From Intoshia linei (taxonomy: Eukaryota > Animalia > Orthonectida), in NCBI GenBank assembly GCA_001642005.1, contig LWCA01000010.1, positions 1-64,000 on the forward strand: a stretch of 64,000 nt of DNA, given 5' to 3'. The stretch's first letter is position 1. Every line of letters begins with the position of its first letter. Both the position numbers and the translations under genes were made by a program. The notes beneath the pieces were generated by a model. The model was not told the origin of the DNA, searched no databases, and saw only the letters and a list, made by a program, of their open reading frames with translations. Positions 25,401 through 38,500 of the stretch are shown piece after piece.

Positions 25401-28400
25401 ACAGTTAATTATTTCACATTTTTTGTTTTACAATATTTGTTAATAAAATATTTCGGAAAAAAAATATATGAATACTAAAATGCTTTTTTGACCATAAAGG
25501 CGTCATTTATTCAGATTGAAATTTTTTTGTGTTAACAGGATACAATTGAACCACTTGTAATTTTTTTTAAATTCTAGGTCTGTTTTCATTAAAAAAAAAA
25601 GGATAATTTGTGGTTTTGGCCCTGAAGATATATTTTTTTTAAATTTAAATTTATGATAATTTTTATGATTTTAAAATCCGTATTAGAGTATATATTTTTT
25701 TAAATTCTCGAACTTGTTTGATTTTCAAAAAAAGGACAATTGGGCTTTATGACCCGTAAGATGTGAGTTTTGGAGGTTGAAATTTATTTTGCTAAACTGT
25801 AAACTTGAAAAAACTGTAATTGAAATGTGGACTTTATAAAATTCTAAGACTCGTAGTTATTGAAATAAACGAATATAATAATAATAAGAACGAACGAAAT
25901 AATAAATAAAATAAAATATTGAAATTGTTACCAACATACTTAGCAGTGATTACCCTAAACTGAAAAAAATAATTTGGTACACTATAATAATCTAAATTTC
26001 CAATGGCAATGCCAAGGCATTAACAATGTCCAATTGATTTGGAAATTAGCGGATAAAAATTACAAAACACCGGCCTGTTTAGAAAAAATATAACCATGAC
26101 TATAAACATGGTCGTTGGCAACTCAATAGATAAATATGTCAGTATTTTTTAAATTATTGAACAAAGGTAAAAACCTAACGTACACAGTACACCAATTTTG
26201 AAATGTAAATGAATATTTTTGTTTAGCATAACATTAGAATAATCAATGAAAAGGAAGAAAAATACCAGGTACAGTAAAAACACTTACAATAAATCTAAAT
26301 TGCATGCTTATACATATTTCATGCTTATGTATATTGTTTGGCTAACATCCTGTGAGTCATGACTTATGACATAGCATATCTTTAGTGTCGCTAGAAGCTA
26401 ATATGGAGCATTGAATCTACAGTATATATTGAGTTTGTGACATTGTATTGAATGTAGGGGTCATTTTTAGACATTTTTATAAAACAAAATCTATACTTAA
26501 GGGTATAATTATAGTTAATGCCTTTTTTCAGTTAATGTGCATAACATGTATTATTTTTGGAAATTTTAAGAAATTTCATAGTTGAAATCTTTAGGGTTAA
26601 AAAAGAACACTAGTATTTATTTTTTTGCAAATTATTTGTTTAAGATGGATATTTTCGGTGGTGATGAAAAATTAATTTGATATATTGTATTTATAATAAT
26701 AATAATATTTTTTATAGAAAGTTGTACTACGATTGATAAACCGATACGCCATGCAAAAATCTAAAGATTTACAAAATCAAGGAGTAACAGAAGATGATTT
26801 GAATGAAATAAAGCAGGATATCAGCTTGATGAGTAAATTAATTCATTAGTTCACTTTATTATAACCTAGAATACGATTTGATTGATTTATTTAAAGTAAT
26901 TAATAATTATTCATAAATCTATAAACAATGTGTGATAGAGTGTCATACGTATCTGAGACGCAAGTATGGCTTAAATATTTACATAACTTCAACATTGAAC
27001 AGTTTTTATAAATGCGTTTATTAAAATTCATTGATATTTAATTGTAATGATAATTTCATTTTAAATTAGATTAACAATTTCGATACTGGAAATGTCATGG
27101 ATCGCTCATGTAATTTTAATATACTACAACGGTTATTTTCAAAATATATCACAAACATCAATCCTCCGTAAAGTTAGTGTAACCATTTCGTTCCTAAAGA
27201 TTAGATGGTCAATTTTCATAAAAACAAAAAGATTAATACATGTATTAATATATGAAGCTTTATTATTTTTTTTCAAAGACTTTTTTATAATTATTTAGTA
27301 AATTCAAAAAGTAACAAAATTTTAAGTGTATAAGTTGTTTACTCAGGGGCGGATCATAGAGGCTAGTTAATGGGGTGCGAGCGAAGCCAGCAATGTTAAA
27401 AATAAAAAAATTTTTATGGGAGTCTCTTTTAATATTAAGGCGTCTAGTCTGATTTTAAATCGTCTCTTTTAATTTCATTTAAAGGTTGTTGTACAATAGT
27501 TTCCAAATTTGTATTTTTTCGTAAAAATAAAAAAAATGATCAGCACCAAAAAAAAGAGAAATTAATTTTTCAGTTATTTTACAAAACATTAACTAAAATT
27601 TTTTTTTAAAAAATTTAGGGGTTCAACTGCACCTTCTGCACCCCTTGAATCCGCCCCTGTTGCTTATTGGTTTATTTTACTTTCTATAAGGCAGTGGTTC
27701 CCGAATCGTACCACCGTATTGCGGACTCCCATTTTAAAATTTTTTTTTATTTTTTTGACCCTACAGAAACATAAAATATAAAAAATTTATAAAAAAATCA
27801 AAGGTTTCTTCTTATAAGATTTGGTAAATTTTATGTTATTTAAAATCGTGTTTTTACAAAAAAATATTGGAAAAAAAGCATTTTTCCATAAAGGGTTAGT
27901 GGATTTTTATTTTGAGTTTTGGATTAAGAAGTTGTTGCTCATAAGATTTGGTAAAATCATTTTTTTGGTAAAAAAATATTGGAATAAACAGATTTTTCCG
28001 TAAAAGGTTGGTAAAATTAAAATTTTTATTTTGGGTACTAAGATAAAGTAAAATCGGATTTTTCATTAAAAAAATATTGGAAAAAGGGGATTTTATATTT
28101 TGATGTTGGTATTAACTTAATAATTAAGTGTATTTTTCAAAAAAATATCTGTAAATTCGATTTTCACTGAGTGTTTGAAATGGTATATTTTAATAAATTT
28201 TATTAATGGTGAGATTTTTGAAATAATAATGTAGCGATATCTAGGTTTTGGAATAAATTCCCAACATCTGGCAACTGTACGAAATATTTTAAAATTTTTA
28301 GTTTTTTAAATAAAAAAAATTATCCTATAAAAAAAAGAAAAAGTTGATTAAATTTTTTGTATATTTGATTTGAATCTCACGTACTTCAAGCATATAGTTT

Positions 28401-28953
28401 TGGACCCCATCGGTAACAACTGCTCTAAGCTTAATTTTTTTTGTCTAAAAAACTAAAACTAAAAATTTTAAAATATTTCATGATCTAATTTTTCAAACTT
28501 AATTAAAAAAAAACTCATCTATAAAGTTTACAATCTATAAAATGTCACAATTACGAATTGTCAGCATTCATCACTATTATATTCATTTTAGCCGGAAAAA
28601 TTACAAGCAAAGGCAGTAGGTTGTCATTACAGCGAATGGAACGAGATATATCTAAAGAAAGGTTAATATCCTTGCACAACAGAATGGGAAACGAAAAAAT
28701 TAATATCAAATCTGAAAATATAAAGTCACTGGGTAATCAAATAAAAAACGAAATCATTCAAGGAATGTTTCAATACAGAAAGACAAATTCTTCGATAAAA
28801 AGGCGTCAAAGTGTAGTTTCAACAGAAGATAAAAATCGTAAAAATAAAAGGAAAATGTTTAAAAGGGCAATAAAAGGAGTAATCCCTAAAAATTCTCTAA
28901 ATATACAAAAAAGCATTGAAGAGAAATGCGAATCTCATTCATCAAATGAATAA
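19469..28953 (+). CDS. Canonical TRP (TRPC / TRP-gamma-like) cation channel with a duplicated, alternative pore-S6 module
   Basis: Exons 19469-19810, 19964-20023, 20066-20205, 20253-20664, 21515-21749, 21788-21878, 22135-22178, 22349-22488, 22681-23066, [23112-23211+23246-23341 OR 23576-23771], 24020-24172, 24446-24487, 26227-26268, 26718-26832, 26870-26895, 27070-27109, 28592-28953. Ankyrin repeats (NCVDMLGRNGL, TPDITPIILAAHKDNYEI), CFCDEC, NPHLGPLQISLGRM, TRP box EWKFAR, GVTEDDLNEIKQDIS. The small C-terminal exons are less certain. Confidence 0.93.
20721..21484. mobile_element. Nested MITE stack in TRPC intron 4
   Basis: Outer ends TGTACATTAAGGTGTCTC / GAGACACCATAT..TTAATGTACA, an inner inverted repeat of about 100 bp (20846-20950 vs 21245-21350), and an innermost TAGTGCGACCATA/TATGGTCGCACTA element at 20979-21234 flanked by gttatac direct repeats. 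Confidence 0.75.
23112..23341 (+). CDS. TRPC pore-S6 module A (two exons, 23112-23211 and 23246-23341; 34-nt intron)
   Basis: Encodes LFEILQSLYFVVYALIDVRRFEIKEPHDFTQFI|GKLMFGTYSAIIIIVLLNMLIAMLSNSFQKIS. Entry phase 2, exit phase 0, 196 coding nt. Confidence 0.9.
23576..23771 (+). CDS. TRPC pore-S6 module B (single alternative exon)
   Basis: TTTCAG acceptor and GTACTT donor. Encodes YWNILQTLYFTLYGLVEPDTFHLVENHFVTEFIGKLMFGIFCGLTIILIINILIAMLTNSYHTII. Entry phase 2, exit phase 0, 196 nt, no stops. Confidence 0.85.
25290..25870 (-). mobile_element. Helitron-family body in a TRPC intron
   Basis: Reverse complement of about 60540-61130 with high similarity. Confidence 0.75.
27344..27659. mobile_element. 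hAT-like MITE (CAGGGGCGGAT TIR), copy 1
   Basis: CAGGGGCGGATC...GAATCCGCCCCTG. A second copy lies at 62931-63469. Confidence 0.8.
27692..28422. mobile_element. hAT (Charlie-like) MITE
   Basis: CAGTGGTTCCCGA...TCGGTAACAACTG termini, degenerate 8-bp TSD ctataagg / ctctaagc, and internal gttggtaaa/ggattttt repeats. Confidence 0.65.
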
Positions 28954-28991
28954 TAAATAAATTATTACAATAAAGTATCTTTAAAGTTCTA

Positions 28992-30874
28992 ATGAAATTG
29001 TACAAATTTCTTTCACAAAATTTTGTGTCTTTTTCGACAAAACCTCTTGTATATAATTACAAACCCGTAGATATGGGTAAATAAATGGGTAAACATTTCA
29101 TTTAAATACAATTGTTTAGAAACGAGAATTTTAGTCTTAAACAGAATTGAACTTAAGAATGCTTTGAATTCTGAAATGATTAGCCAAGTAATACAAAAAA
29201 ATGTCCTCATTTTTTTACATTTATGTCCCATGATTGATATATATTTTTGTCGATTTTAATAGTTTTTCAGTTAATCAATGGTAATATTTTATGAATGACA
29301 TCTTTTAGCAAATATGGGTTGTTTTTAAATCGATTTCTTTCTGGTCGTACCGTCCTACCTAAAACTTGGCATTTAATGTATTGTTAGATATTATGTAATG
29401 ATAATGTTAGCTAAACGAAAACATTTCAAACATTATTAAAACACTCAGCCCAACAGAATCCTGTTTGATAATAAAAAGCAATTTACCGGGAATTTTCTGT
29501 GCTGGAGCTGATTTAAAAGATCGGAAAACTATTCCCATTGAAAAAATACCTAAATATGTAAGTCACTGTAGAGAAGCATTCAACAGGATTAATCGACTCG
29601 ACATTGCAACCATCGCCGCGATTGATGGTTACGCTTTAGGCGGTGGTTTAGAATTAGCATTGGCTTGTGATATTCGCATTTGCTGTATATTTTAAATTTA
29701 AAATTTAGAGCGACTATTAATATTATAAGGTAGAATTTATGGTTACATATTCATGTTCAAGACCCCTATAGTTATTACGTTTTAGAGGTTGTAGCGGTTT
29801 GGTATAACCGATTTTACTGTTTTTAAATGTTATCTTAGTCTAAGGCTTAGTTGTAATTTATCATGGGGTATCACGAACGAATCCATGGAAAAGATATACA
29901 AAGTTATACACAGAAATTTTTTTTATATTATAGATTTACTTATTTTTTGAGTACAAGGTATACAAGTCTATAAGCATGGCAGATTATCAGGAAAGCGCAG
30001 TTACCGAATTCTATTAATTAAAAAATCTATGCAAATATTATAAAAAATTTTAATTAAATTGTAGCCGAATCTGCAAAAGTGGGATTACCTGAATCAAAAC
30101 TAGGAATATTACCTGGTGCAGGTTAGATATAATTTTAAAAATTATTGAATTGTAAATATTATATGATATAAATCGTGATTCCAATCTAAAATAATAAAAT
30201 TATTTTTTAGTTTTTAACATTTTATTTTAATGACGGTTCTAAATATTTTGGATACGCTAATTAAGAAAAAAAATTTTATTAACATTGTTATTCACGTATT
30301 ATTAAAATTTCAATATTCAGTTGTTGACAATTTGTAGGTGGAACAGCGCGACTTCCTAGATTGATAGGTCAATCTAAAGCGAAGGAATTGATGTTTACTG
30401 GTCGTATCTTATCAGGATGCGAAGCATCACGAATATCACTGGTAAACGAATCTGTACCAAACAACGAAACATTCGACTCGGCATTCCAGAGGTATACTTT
30501 ATAAAATTACCAAAATAAAAATATTTGTGCAAAAAAGATGACATGCATAATGGTAAATTCTTATTGCATATCTGAATTAAAAAGCATCTGTTAATATATT
30601 TATAATAATATATATAAATAGAAGCCTTGAAATTGCAAAATCAATAAATCGAAATGGGCCACTGTCAATAAGATATATTAAAAAGTGCGTTGATCACGAA
30701 AATGTAATTAAAATAATAATACGCTAATCAATTATTATAATTGTAATTTTTAAGATGGACGTATCACTGAAACTGGAAGATTACTATTACAAAAAAATAA
30801 CAAAATCTCACGATCGAACAGAAGGTTTGAATGCATTTTTAGAAAAAAAAACTCCAAAATATACAGGATATTAA
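28992..30874 (+). CDS. AUH: Methylglutaconyl-CoA hydratase (AUH-like crotonase), mitochondrial
   Basis: Exons 28992-29076, 29120-29188, 29411-29684, 30065-30121, 30338-30491, 30622-30703, 30755-30874. Motifs: [87 protein letters not shown]. Confidence 0.88.
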
Positions 30875-30887
30875 TTTATTCAATAAA
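30875..30887. promoter_or_regulatory. Back-to-back polyadenylation signals for the convergent AUH and eIF3L genes
   Basis: TTTATT-C-AATAAA within the 26-nt gap between the two stop codons. Confidence 0.55.
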
Positions 30888-30900
30888 CCTGACAATTAAA

Positions 30901-33900
30901 TTACACTTTTGGAGGTATTTTCAACGCATTTAATTTATGTTGAATCTAAAAAAAGTTATTAATATACAAGCCATGTGATTACATGTTCCAAGTTTTTAAT
31001 TTGTCGAATAAAAATATCGCTTGTTTTTTTGGAAACTGTAGTATTAGCAATATGTATCATGTCCTAAAATTTGTTTATTAGTCAAAATAAAAAACATACT
31101 CCATCTATGTAAAAATCCAATTTAGCCTTATTTTTCTTTTCATTCTCTAAATCTTGAGAATTGTTCGCTCGGTGCTAAAAGGTAAGTTAAAATTCAAAAA
31201 TAAAATATAATTTATAAACAAGTTGTATTATTGTGAAAAATACCTTGCAGCACATCAAATATTGATAAATTTTTTCTTCTGGCTAAAAACAAATAATGAT
31301 AATTGAATTAAAAATTACCTGTTGCATAAAGTACGATAATCTTTTTATGGGTATTGTGGAATAAAATCCTATATAACTTCTAAGTTCCGGCATCAATTGT
31401 GTTTTTGAGGCGATAACCTCATTTAAGAAAAATTCAAGTTGGTGGTTAATTGGTAGCTGAAATTCAATGAAAAAAATTAATTTAAAAAAATAACCATCGT
31501 TCGTTCACACATCTCAGAATCAGTGGGAATAAATGGCGAAACGAATTTTGGGCAAGACGTTTTAAAGCAATTTTCAAATTCTTTTAAATCACTATAAATG
31601 ATTATATAAATTAAGACAATATTCTAACCCAGCCAGCAATTTCCCGTATCTATCTGATAAACGATTTTTCATATCATGCATAATGCTTTCATCGATTTGT
31701 AGTGGGTTCAATGCTAAAGACATGGCCAAAATGTAAAACATTTTGTCAACCAATTGCTTTTTCTAGAATTTGTTAATTTAAATTTTTTCTAGAATATACC
31801 TCGTTATAAATTCCTTTATTAATCGTACTGCTTTGTTCTTCTTCATAATTTATGGCCGCACAAATGTAACTAATTGCCTCAGTGTATCGACGAAGCATGA
31901 AATAACAAAATGATACATAGTAGTAGTAATTTATAATACATTCGGGCACTTTGCATATTGTAGACTAAAAAATACAAAATAGAATGTTTGCTACTATCGT
32001 TTTCACACTCTATCGTTTAATGTTGATTTTTTTAATAAAAAGTTATTTATTTTGCTTGTTTTTTTATGTTTAAAATCACTTAAAATATAAATAAAAAACT
32101 AGATTTTTCCTTAAAGGGTTGGTAAAGTAAAATTGGATTTTTCCCTAAAGGGTTGGTAAAAGTGGATTTTCCCTTCTAGGGTTTGTAAAAGTAGATTTTT
32201 CCCTAATGGGTTTGTAAAACTAGATTGTTTCCTTTTAGGGTTGTTAAAAATTGGATTTTTCCTTTTAGGGTTGGTAAATTGTAATTTTTATTAAAAATGG
32301 TTGGATTTAAGTATTTCTATTTTTTTTGGTAGACATTTGACATTTGGAACCATTCGATTATTTTGAAAATTTTGAATGAGGCATATGAATCATTGGTTGT
32401 GAAACTGCTATAATGCTATTTCATCAATAAAATCATGAACATACCAAAATAATTCTATCAATATTTGCTACATATGAAAGAGCATGTTGATAATCTGCCA
32501 ACAAACAATTGATACGTAAGAGCCCAATTAAACTGAACAAGCCCAGTTCATAATAAATGTCACGGCATCCAAATTTTCCGGCAGCATTCATTCGATCCTC
32601 TAATAATTGTAATAACATCATTTATACAAGTACAAAAATAATGAATGGTGCCAATATTAATGATCAACCGTTTTGAAATATCACTTAAACATCGTTGAGA
32701 TTACAGCCTGGAACAAATATAGAAATGATAAACATGCATAAATTTCAATAAAAATAACGTAATGTTTACTAGGCCCCCTTTTCGACAACCGTTTCTAAAA
32801 GTCTCACGTGAATTACCAACTATAAAGTACACAGCTAAGGATTTTTAAATAAAAATAACCTCCTTCATTCAATAATATAAGTTGATTATTTATATTGGCT
32901 CTATCGCACATAAGAACGCAAATTTTGATAACAGAGTGAACATTCCAAGCCTAAATTTAATCAATTATAATACAGGGTTCCCACATTTTTTCACGACTAC
33001 TATAAAACGAAATTAAAAGGCAACTTTAAAAAAATTTTGATCAAAAACGTAATATATTTCCTTATTAATCCTTACGTGTATATTATAAAATGGTTAAAAA
33101 TGTATGTGTTTATTTAAGAAAGTAAGATGAGTCGAGTTTTACAAATTCCTTATTCTTATAGCAGTTTTTTCAGAGTGATGTTTTATCGCAAATTTCTATT
33201 TCAGAAATTGAGTCTTTCAAAATTAAAAACCCCATATGTCCTTTGTTTTTAAATTAAAACTCGTTCTAAAATTATAAAAATTACCCATTCTTACGAAAAG
33301 ATTTAAATTCATCAATATTATGATTTCAAAACCTCAAAATGCCCTTTTTTATAAAAATTATGAAAGTCTTATAATTTTATACAACGTACATCCTAATATT
33401 GTTTTTAATTTCATAAGCATTGTCATAAATGGTAACCTCAAAAAAGGTAATTTTCACGGTCAAAACCCAGATTACCCTTTTTTTTACAAATAATTTGAAA
33501 TTTTGAAAAAACCCTGGAATTAAAAAAAAGTTACAACAAAACAAAATTAAAAAGGAATAATTCACTTTAAATTAAAAGGTAATGTGATATGACGGATCCA
33601 CGTGAAATAAGTTTGGGAGCCACTCCTTTAAAGGGTTGACATTACTGAATAGTAGCATTTTGAAGTTATATTTCTTATAAATATTCAAAATATTCCCTCG
33701 GCAGAACTAGATACTTTTAATACCTAGTACATAACGGTAAACTAGTAATAATCAAGAATAAGGAAAAAAATGTCACTTTTCGGTATTTGGGAAACGCTAT
33801 TATAATATATTAGGATGCCCGTCCTACATAAAACATACTAAATAAAAACATACGTTGCTGGTATCTTTATTCAGGGTTTTTTCAATATTTCTGTAACGAA

Positions 33901-35066
33901 ATTGAGTGAATGCTTGAAACTAGTGATAAAAATATTAAAATGATTATATACAAAATAAGAAAAATACAAACCTGGTAAATAAATTCTGTAACCATATTCC
34001 ATAACCATATACTAGGTAAATGCAAATCCACTGGATCGTTGGCCACTAGAAATAATAAAATTTACCTAATAAACTATATAACTAAGTCAGTTCCAATTAT
34101 AGTTGGATAGTTTAAAAATAATATTGATTTTGTTGAGCACCACTCATTAAACAAATAAACTTACACAAAAGACCTTGGAAAATATTAATATAATTATTGT
34201 AGGAATCAATTCTTGCGTCCAATTGTGGTCCACCCTAAAAAACGGAATCAATATTATAAATACTATAGCTTAATGTTTCGTATAGTTTAACGTGAATCTA
34301 TACTTGATTTTATATATTTAAATAAATATTACTTCAACTCTAGCATAGTAGTGTCTATAATAAATTTCCTTGTAGAGTCTGGAAAAAACAGTATCTGTAA
34401 TAAAAAATTAAAATAACAATTATAAATTTAATACAAATTGATATAACTTTGTATTACGTATAAAGATATGTATAAAAGTGTTAATTTTTTTTCTCAACCT
34501 TTTTTTCATTTGGGCATTTGGAACAATGAAAACATTGTGGCTTATAAGACAATAACAAAATAGTAACAAATATATATTTGTTGGATATTTACTGATTCTG
34601 ACTCTAATCCGTACTTAAATATAAGATTTTGCGATGATATGACTCAAATTTAAAAAAGAGTTTTTCAGTACATGAACATGAACATTAACAAAAAATGACA
34701 TAACGACCGCCTGTGATATGGTGTCTAGCTCATTTTCATATTTTCGCTGGGCAACACTCACAAACATTCATCCACACAAACTTTCTTATTTTTACAAAGT
34801 TTGAAACAATAAAATGCATAATTTCTTGTAACCAATAAATTGTTATACAATTTTCATACAAAATAATAATAAAAATTACCTATATTAACATAATTATCCA
34901 TACTTTCAATACTTGGCCAAGGAACATTGTCGAAGAATGTATTTGTTATTTCAACAAACTTTTTATCGTAACATTCTTTAACTTCATAAATGTTGTGACT
35001 CAATATGTACTGTTGAAAATTCCGAACAAATTCAATTACAGTATTATCAATTGGTGAAGATTGCAT
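30901..35066 (-). CDS. EIF3L: Eukaryotic translation initiation factor 3 subunit L (multi-exon)
   Basis: First exon MQSSPIDNTVIEFVRNFQ...FFDNVPWP. Later exons: LYKEIYYRHYYARVE, GPQLDARIDSYNNY, LPSIWLWNMVTEFIYQFQAF, YELGLFSLIGLLRINCLLADY, YYYVSFCYFMLRRYTEA, LDFYIDGDMIHIANTTV. Stop at 30901-30903. Confidence 0.93.
32101..32285. repeat. Minisatellite, unit of about 29-30 bp, about 6 copies, in an eIF3L intron
   Basis: Consensus gatttttcc(c/t)tntagggtt(g/t)gtaaaa repeated imperfectly. Confidence 0.75.
33067..33745 (+). mobile_element. Helitron-family variant copy in an eIF3L intron
   Basis: 5' ATCCTTACG... and 3' ccctcggcagaactag...tagtacataacggtaaaCTAG|T. Confidence 0.65.
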
Positions 35067-35500
35067 TATAATTATTAATTAACTGAATATTAAAATTGTT
35101 GACTGTATCGTGTCTGATATAAAGTTTTGTTAAATTTGATAATTAATTTTTGTTTATATGGTTACATTTATACATTATCCAACTGTTTTGAATTGATCGT
35201 ACGTTTTTATGGGGACTTAAAGTCTTGGTATCTTGAAACAATATTAATTGCGCCACTGCGTTTGTGTATTAAAATACTATACATTTGAGTACAGTTTTAA
35301 TTTTATTAAATCATTAGCGTGAACTGAAGGATATTAAAATTATTTTTTTCTGTATACATTAAGTTATAAACTGGTAAAAAGTACATTGTAAATTTTATTT
35401 AAAGAATTTGCATTGTAATCAATATAAATATTTGAATTTAAAATTAAATAAATAACTGAAATTTTTAAACTTAAAAAGTTTTATTTACACATGATACATA

Positions 35501-38500
35501 TCATTTCTTTTTAAAGCTAGAATACTGTCTATTAATTCTTCGAAGAGGGTAATTTTGTTGACCAAATTTTTGTGCGTAACCTTGATGTTTAATTCTTTCA
35601 TTAAGTCCCATACAATGACATAAAAGAATGTGTTTAAAAGGTTCTCTGAATTCTCGATTAAAGCTAACATAAATTATTGGATTGAATAGACTGTTGCTGT
35701 AACCTATCCATAATAATAAACTGGATACAAATTTTGGTACTATTTCACCTTTGAAAGGACGAATCAGCGCCAATATAAAGAAAGGCATCCAACAGATAAT
35801 AAATGTTCCCATTACAATACCTAAATATAATTAATAATAAATTCCATTTATAAACAATTTTCGGGACAAGGAATGTTACTAAAATTGAACATTAATTCAA
35901 AAAGATTATCAAATTTATGAGACAAATAAAAAAGTGGCAATATAACAATTTTATAGTTTTTAGTGTTATTCACTGTAAAAAAAAAATTAAAAAAAGAGAC
36001 TGAGGTGTCATATTTACGAGAATACGAATTTTATAGGTTAGTACTCAATGAATTAAAATCCTTATTTACGTACATCGTACGTTATAGTACGTAAAACGTA
36101 TCCTTTACTGATATAAAATTGAATGTGTGCGTTAATGTTTATTATAACAATAGATGGTCGTAAATGTAATGAATAAAGTTAGTCACTATGACTTTATCCA
36201 TTATCGTAAAAATAACGTGAAAATAACGTGAAAATAATTTACTTTAAATATTAAATTTATATCATTGATCTTAAATATCTATATTCATTACAGTAGAATT
36301 TAAACAAATCCTATATCTAATACAGGATCAATATTTACATTTTCAATTTTTATTTTAATCGAAATATTTGATAAATATTAGTTGATATTATATTAAAAAT
36401 TATTTTTCAAAGGTGAATGCGCAGCTTTGTGGGGTTGAAATTTTGTGTTTATATTAACTGGAATAAGCTCTATCAATTATATTTTTATTTTTAAATTTTG
36501 GACAGTCAATTATTTCACACTTTTTGTAAAGAAAACATAATAAAATATTTCAAAAAAAAAATTTATGAATATTAAAATGTTTTTTTGATTGTGATGGCGT
36601 CACTTATTTATATTGAAATTTTTTGTGTGTGTTAACAGGATACAACTGTACCACCTGCAATTTTTTTAAATTCTAGGGCTATTTTCATTAAAAAAAAAAA
36701 ATAATTTGGGATTTAGCTTTGAAAATGTATTTTTTTAAATTGAAATTTATGATTTTAAAATCCGTATCAAAGTACATGTTTTTTTTTAATCTCTTGAACT
36801 CGTTTGATTTTCAAAAATAGGGACAATAGGGGTTTAACCTGTAAGGTGTGAGTTTGGGAAAGTCACCCTCAAAAAAGTGGATTTACATTACCAAACCGAG
36901 ATTGCCCATTTCCTAAAAAAATTAAAATAGTTACCGAATTTTCAAAAAATTACAGCTGATACAGTTATATTAGTGAACACACACTATAAAAATTTAATTT
37001 GACAAAGTGACGCCTTCACTGTCAAAAAATCTCTTTAGTATTAATTTTTTTTATTATAAAACTATTTTATTAAAACAAAAATAAAAAATTTTTTACCCAA
37101 ATATTTTTATCAAAATAAAATTAAAGTGGAATCATTCACTTTAAATTAAAAAGTAATGCGATATGACGAGTCCACGTGAAGCAAGTTTGGGATGCACTTG
37201 TTTAAAGGATTGATAGTGAATAGTAGCATTTTTATGTTAGATTTTCTTATTGAATTTATTTTTTTGGTAGAATAAAAATTACCCCTCGGCAGAGCTAGGT
37301 GCTATTATTACAAAGTACATACAAATAACAGTCAAGCCAGTCGTATATAAAATTTAATTTCTGTGTGTCTCATGTTTGTTACCGTTTATTTAAAAAATTA
37401 ACACTTCTAGAATATAATGAAATCACATTTCTAATACAGTTTTTCGAAAGAAATGTTCTTATGCAAGTTTCTATTTAAAACATTGAGTCTTTCAGGGTCA
37501 AAACCCAATTCCTGAGTATGCTTCAATCTATACTATAGATTGTATATTGTAATCATGAATGCAACAAATGTGGATAAATTTAGATTGAAATCAATAAATT
37601 ATATTAGGAGTTTCTTGATTTGCTTATTACATAAAAATAGTTTCAATACACTAACTACGTAACAAGTAGTGTTACAGGATTTTGTAATTTTTATTTGATT
37701 AATCTTTCAAAAAAAATAAAAAAAGTCAGTCTAACATATGGAACTAGTTTCACGGCGTTCATTATTTTTTTTCCTTGTTCCAAGATTTACTCTAACATGT
37801 TAAAGTTGTATGTACATTAGGGTGTGCACTTTTGACATTTTTTTTTAAATTTAAAAAAGTATATTTGAGTACAGATACATAATGTTATTTAGATCACAAT
37901 GACGAAAAAAAATTTGAAAACGGTCGTTATTTTTTAAGGCAAAAAATTTGTACTTTAAAGTTTATTTATTTTAAATAATTTTACAATTATTAATATAAAT
38001 TATTTATTTATATATTATTGTTAATAAAATCAATCTTCAGATTAATTAAGAGTGACATTAAGGTGATAACGAGATATTTTAACATATAAAATGTATTTAT
38101 TCATCAAAGTTCTAATTTTTAATTTTATTAAACCTAATGGAAGTGGGACCGAGTGTAAATTTATTCCAGATATCATATAATTCTATTGCAGTTTTATCAC
38201 AAGAGTATGCTTTTGATTTTCTTGGATTTGCCAATTGTAAAAAATGATATCTTCCCAAGATTTTCTTTATTGTAGGTAATCTTGATGATCTGCTTAAAGG
38301 TTCACTAATAAGTATTCCGTATGAACGTGATAATCTCAATTTTTTTCTAGACAATATATTTTTTGGTTGTGACATGAAATATTACAAAAATGAAATTAAT
38401 TAATAATTTAAATAATAAACTGTTTACGTTTCAATAATAATAAAAAAAAATGCATTTTAAATTTTTGCCTTAGAAAATTTTAATTAAATGAATTTTTTTT

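Noticed and set aside
32101-32285. CRISPR-like or telomeric array (TTTAGGG-containing units)
   Set aside because: Contiguous degenerate tandem units with no unique spacers, in a eukaryotic intron, and not a pure telomeric repeat.
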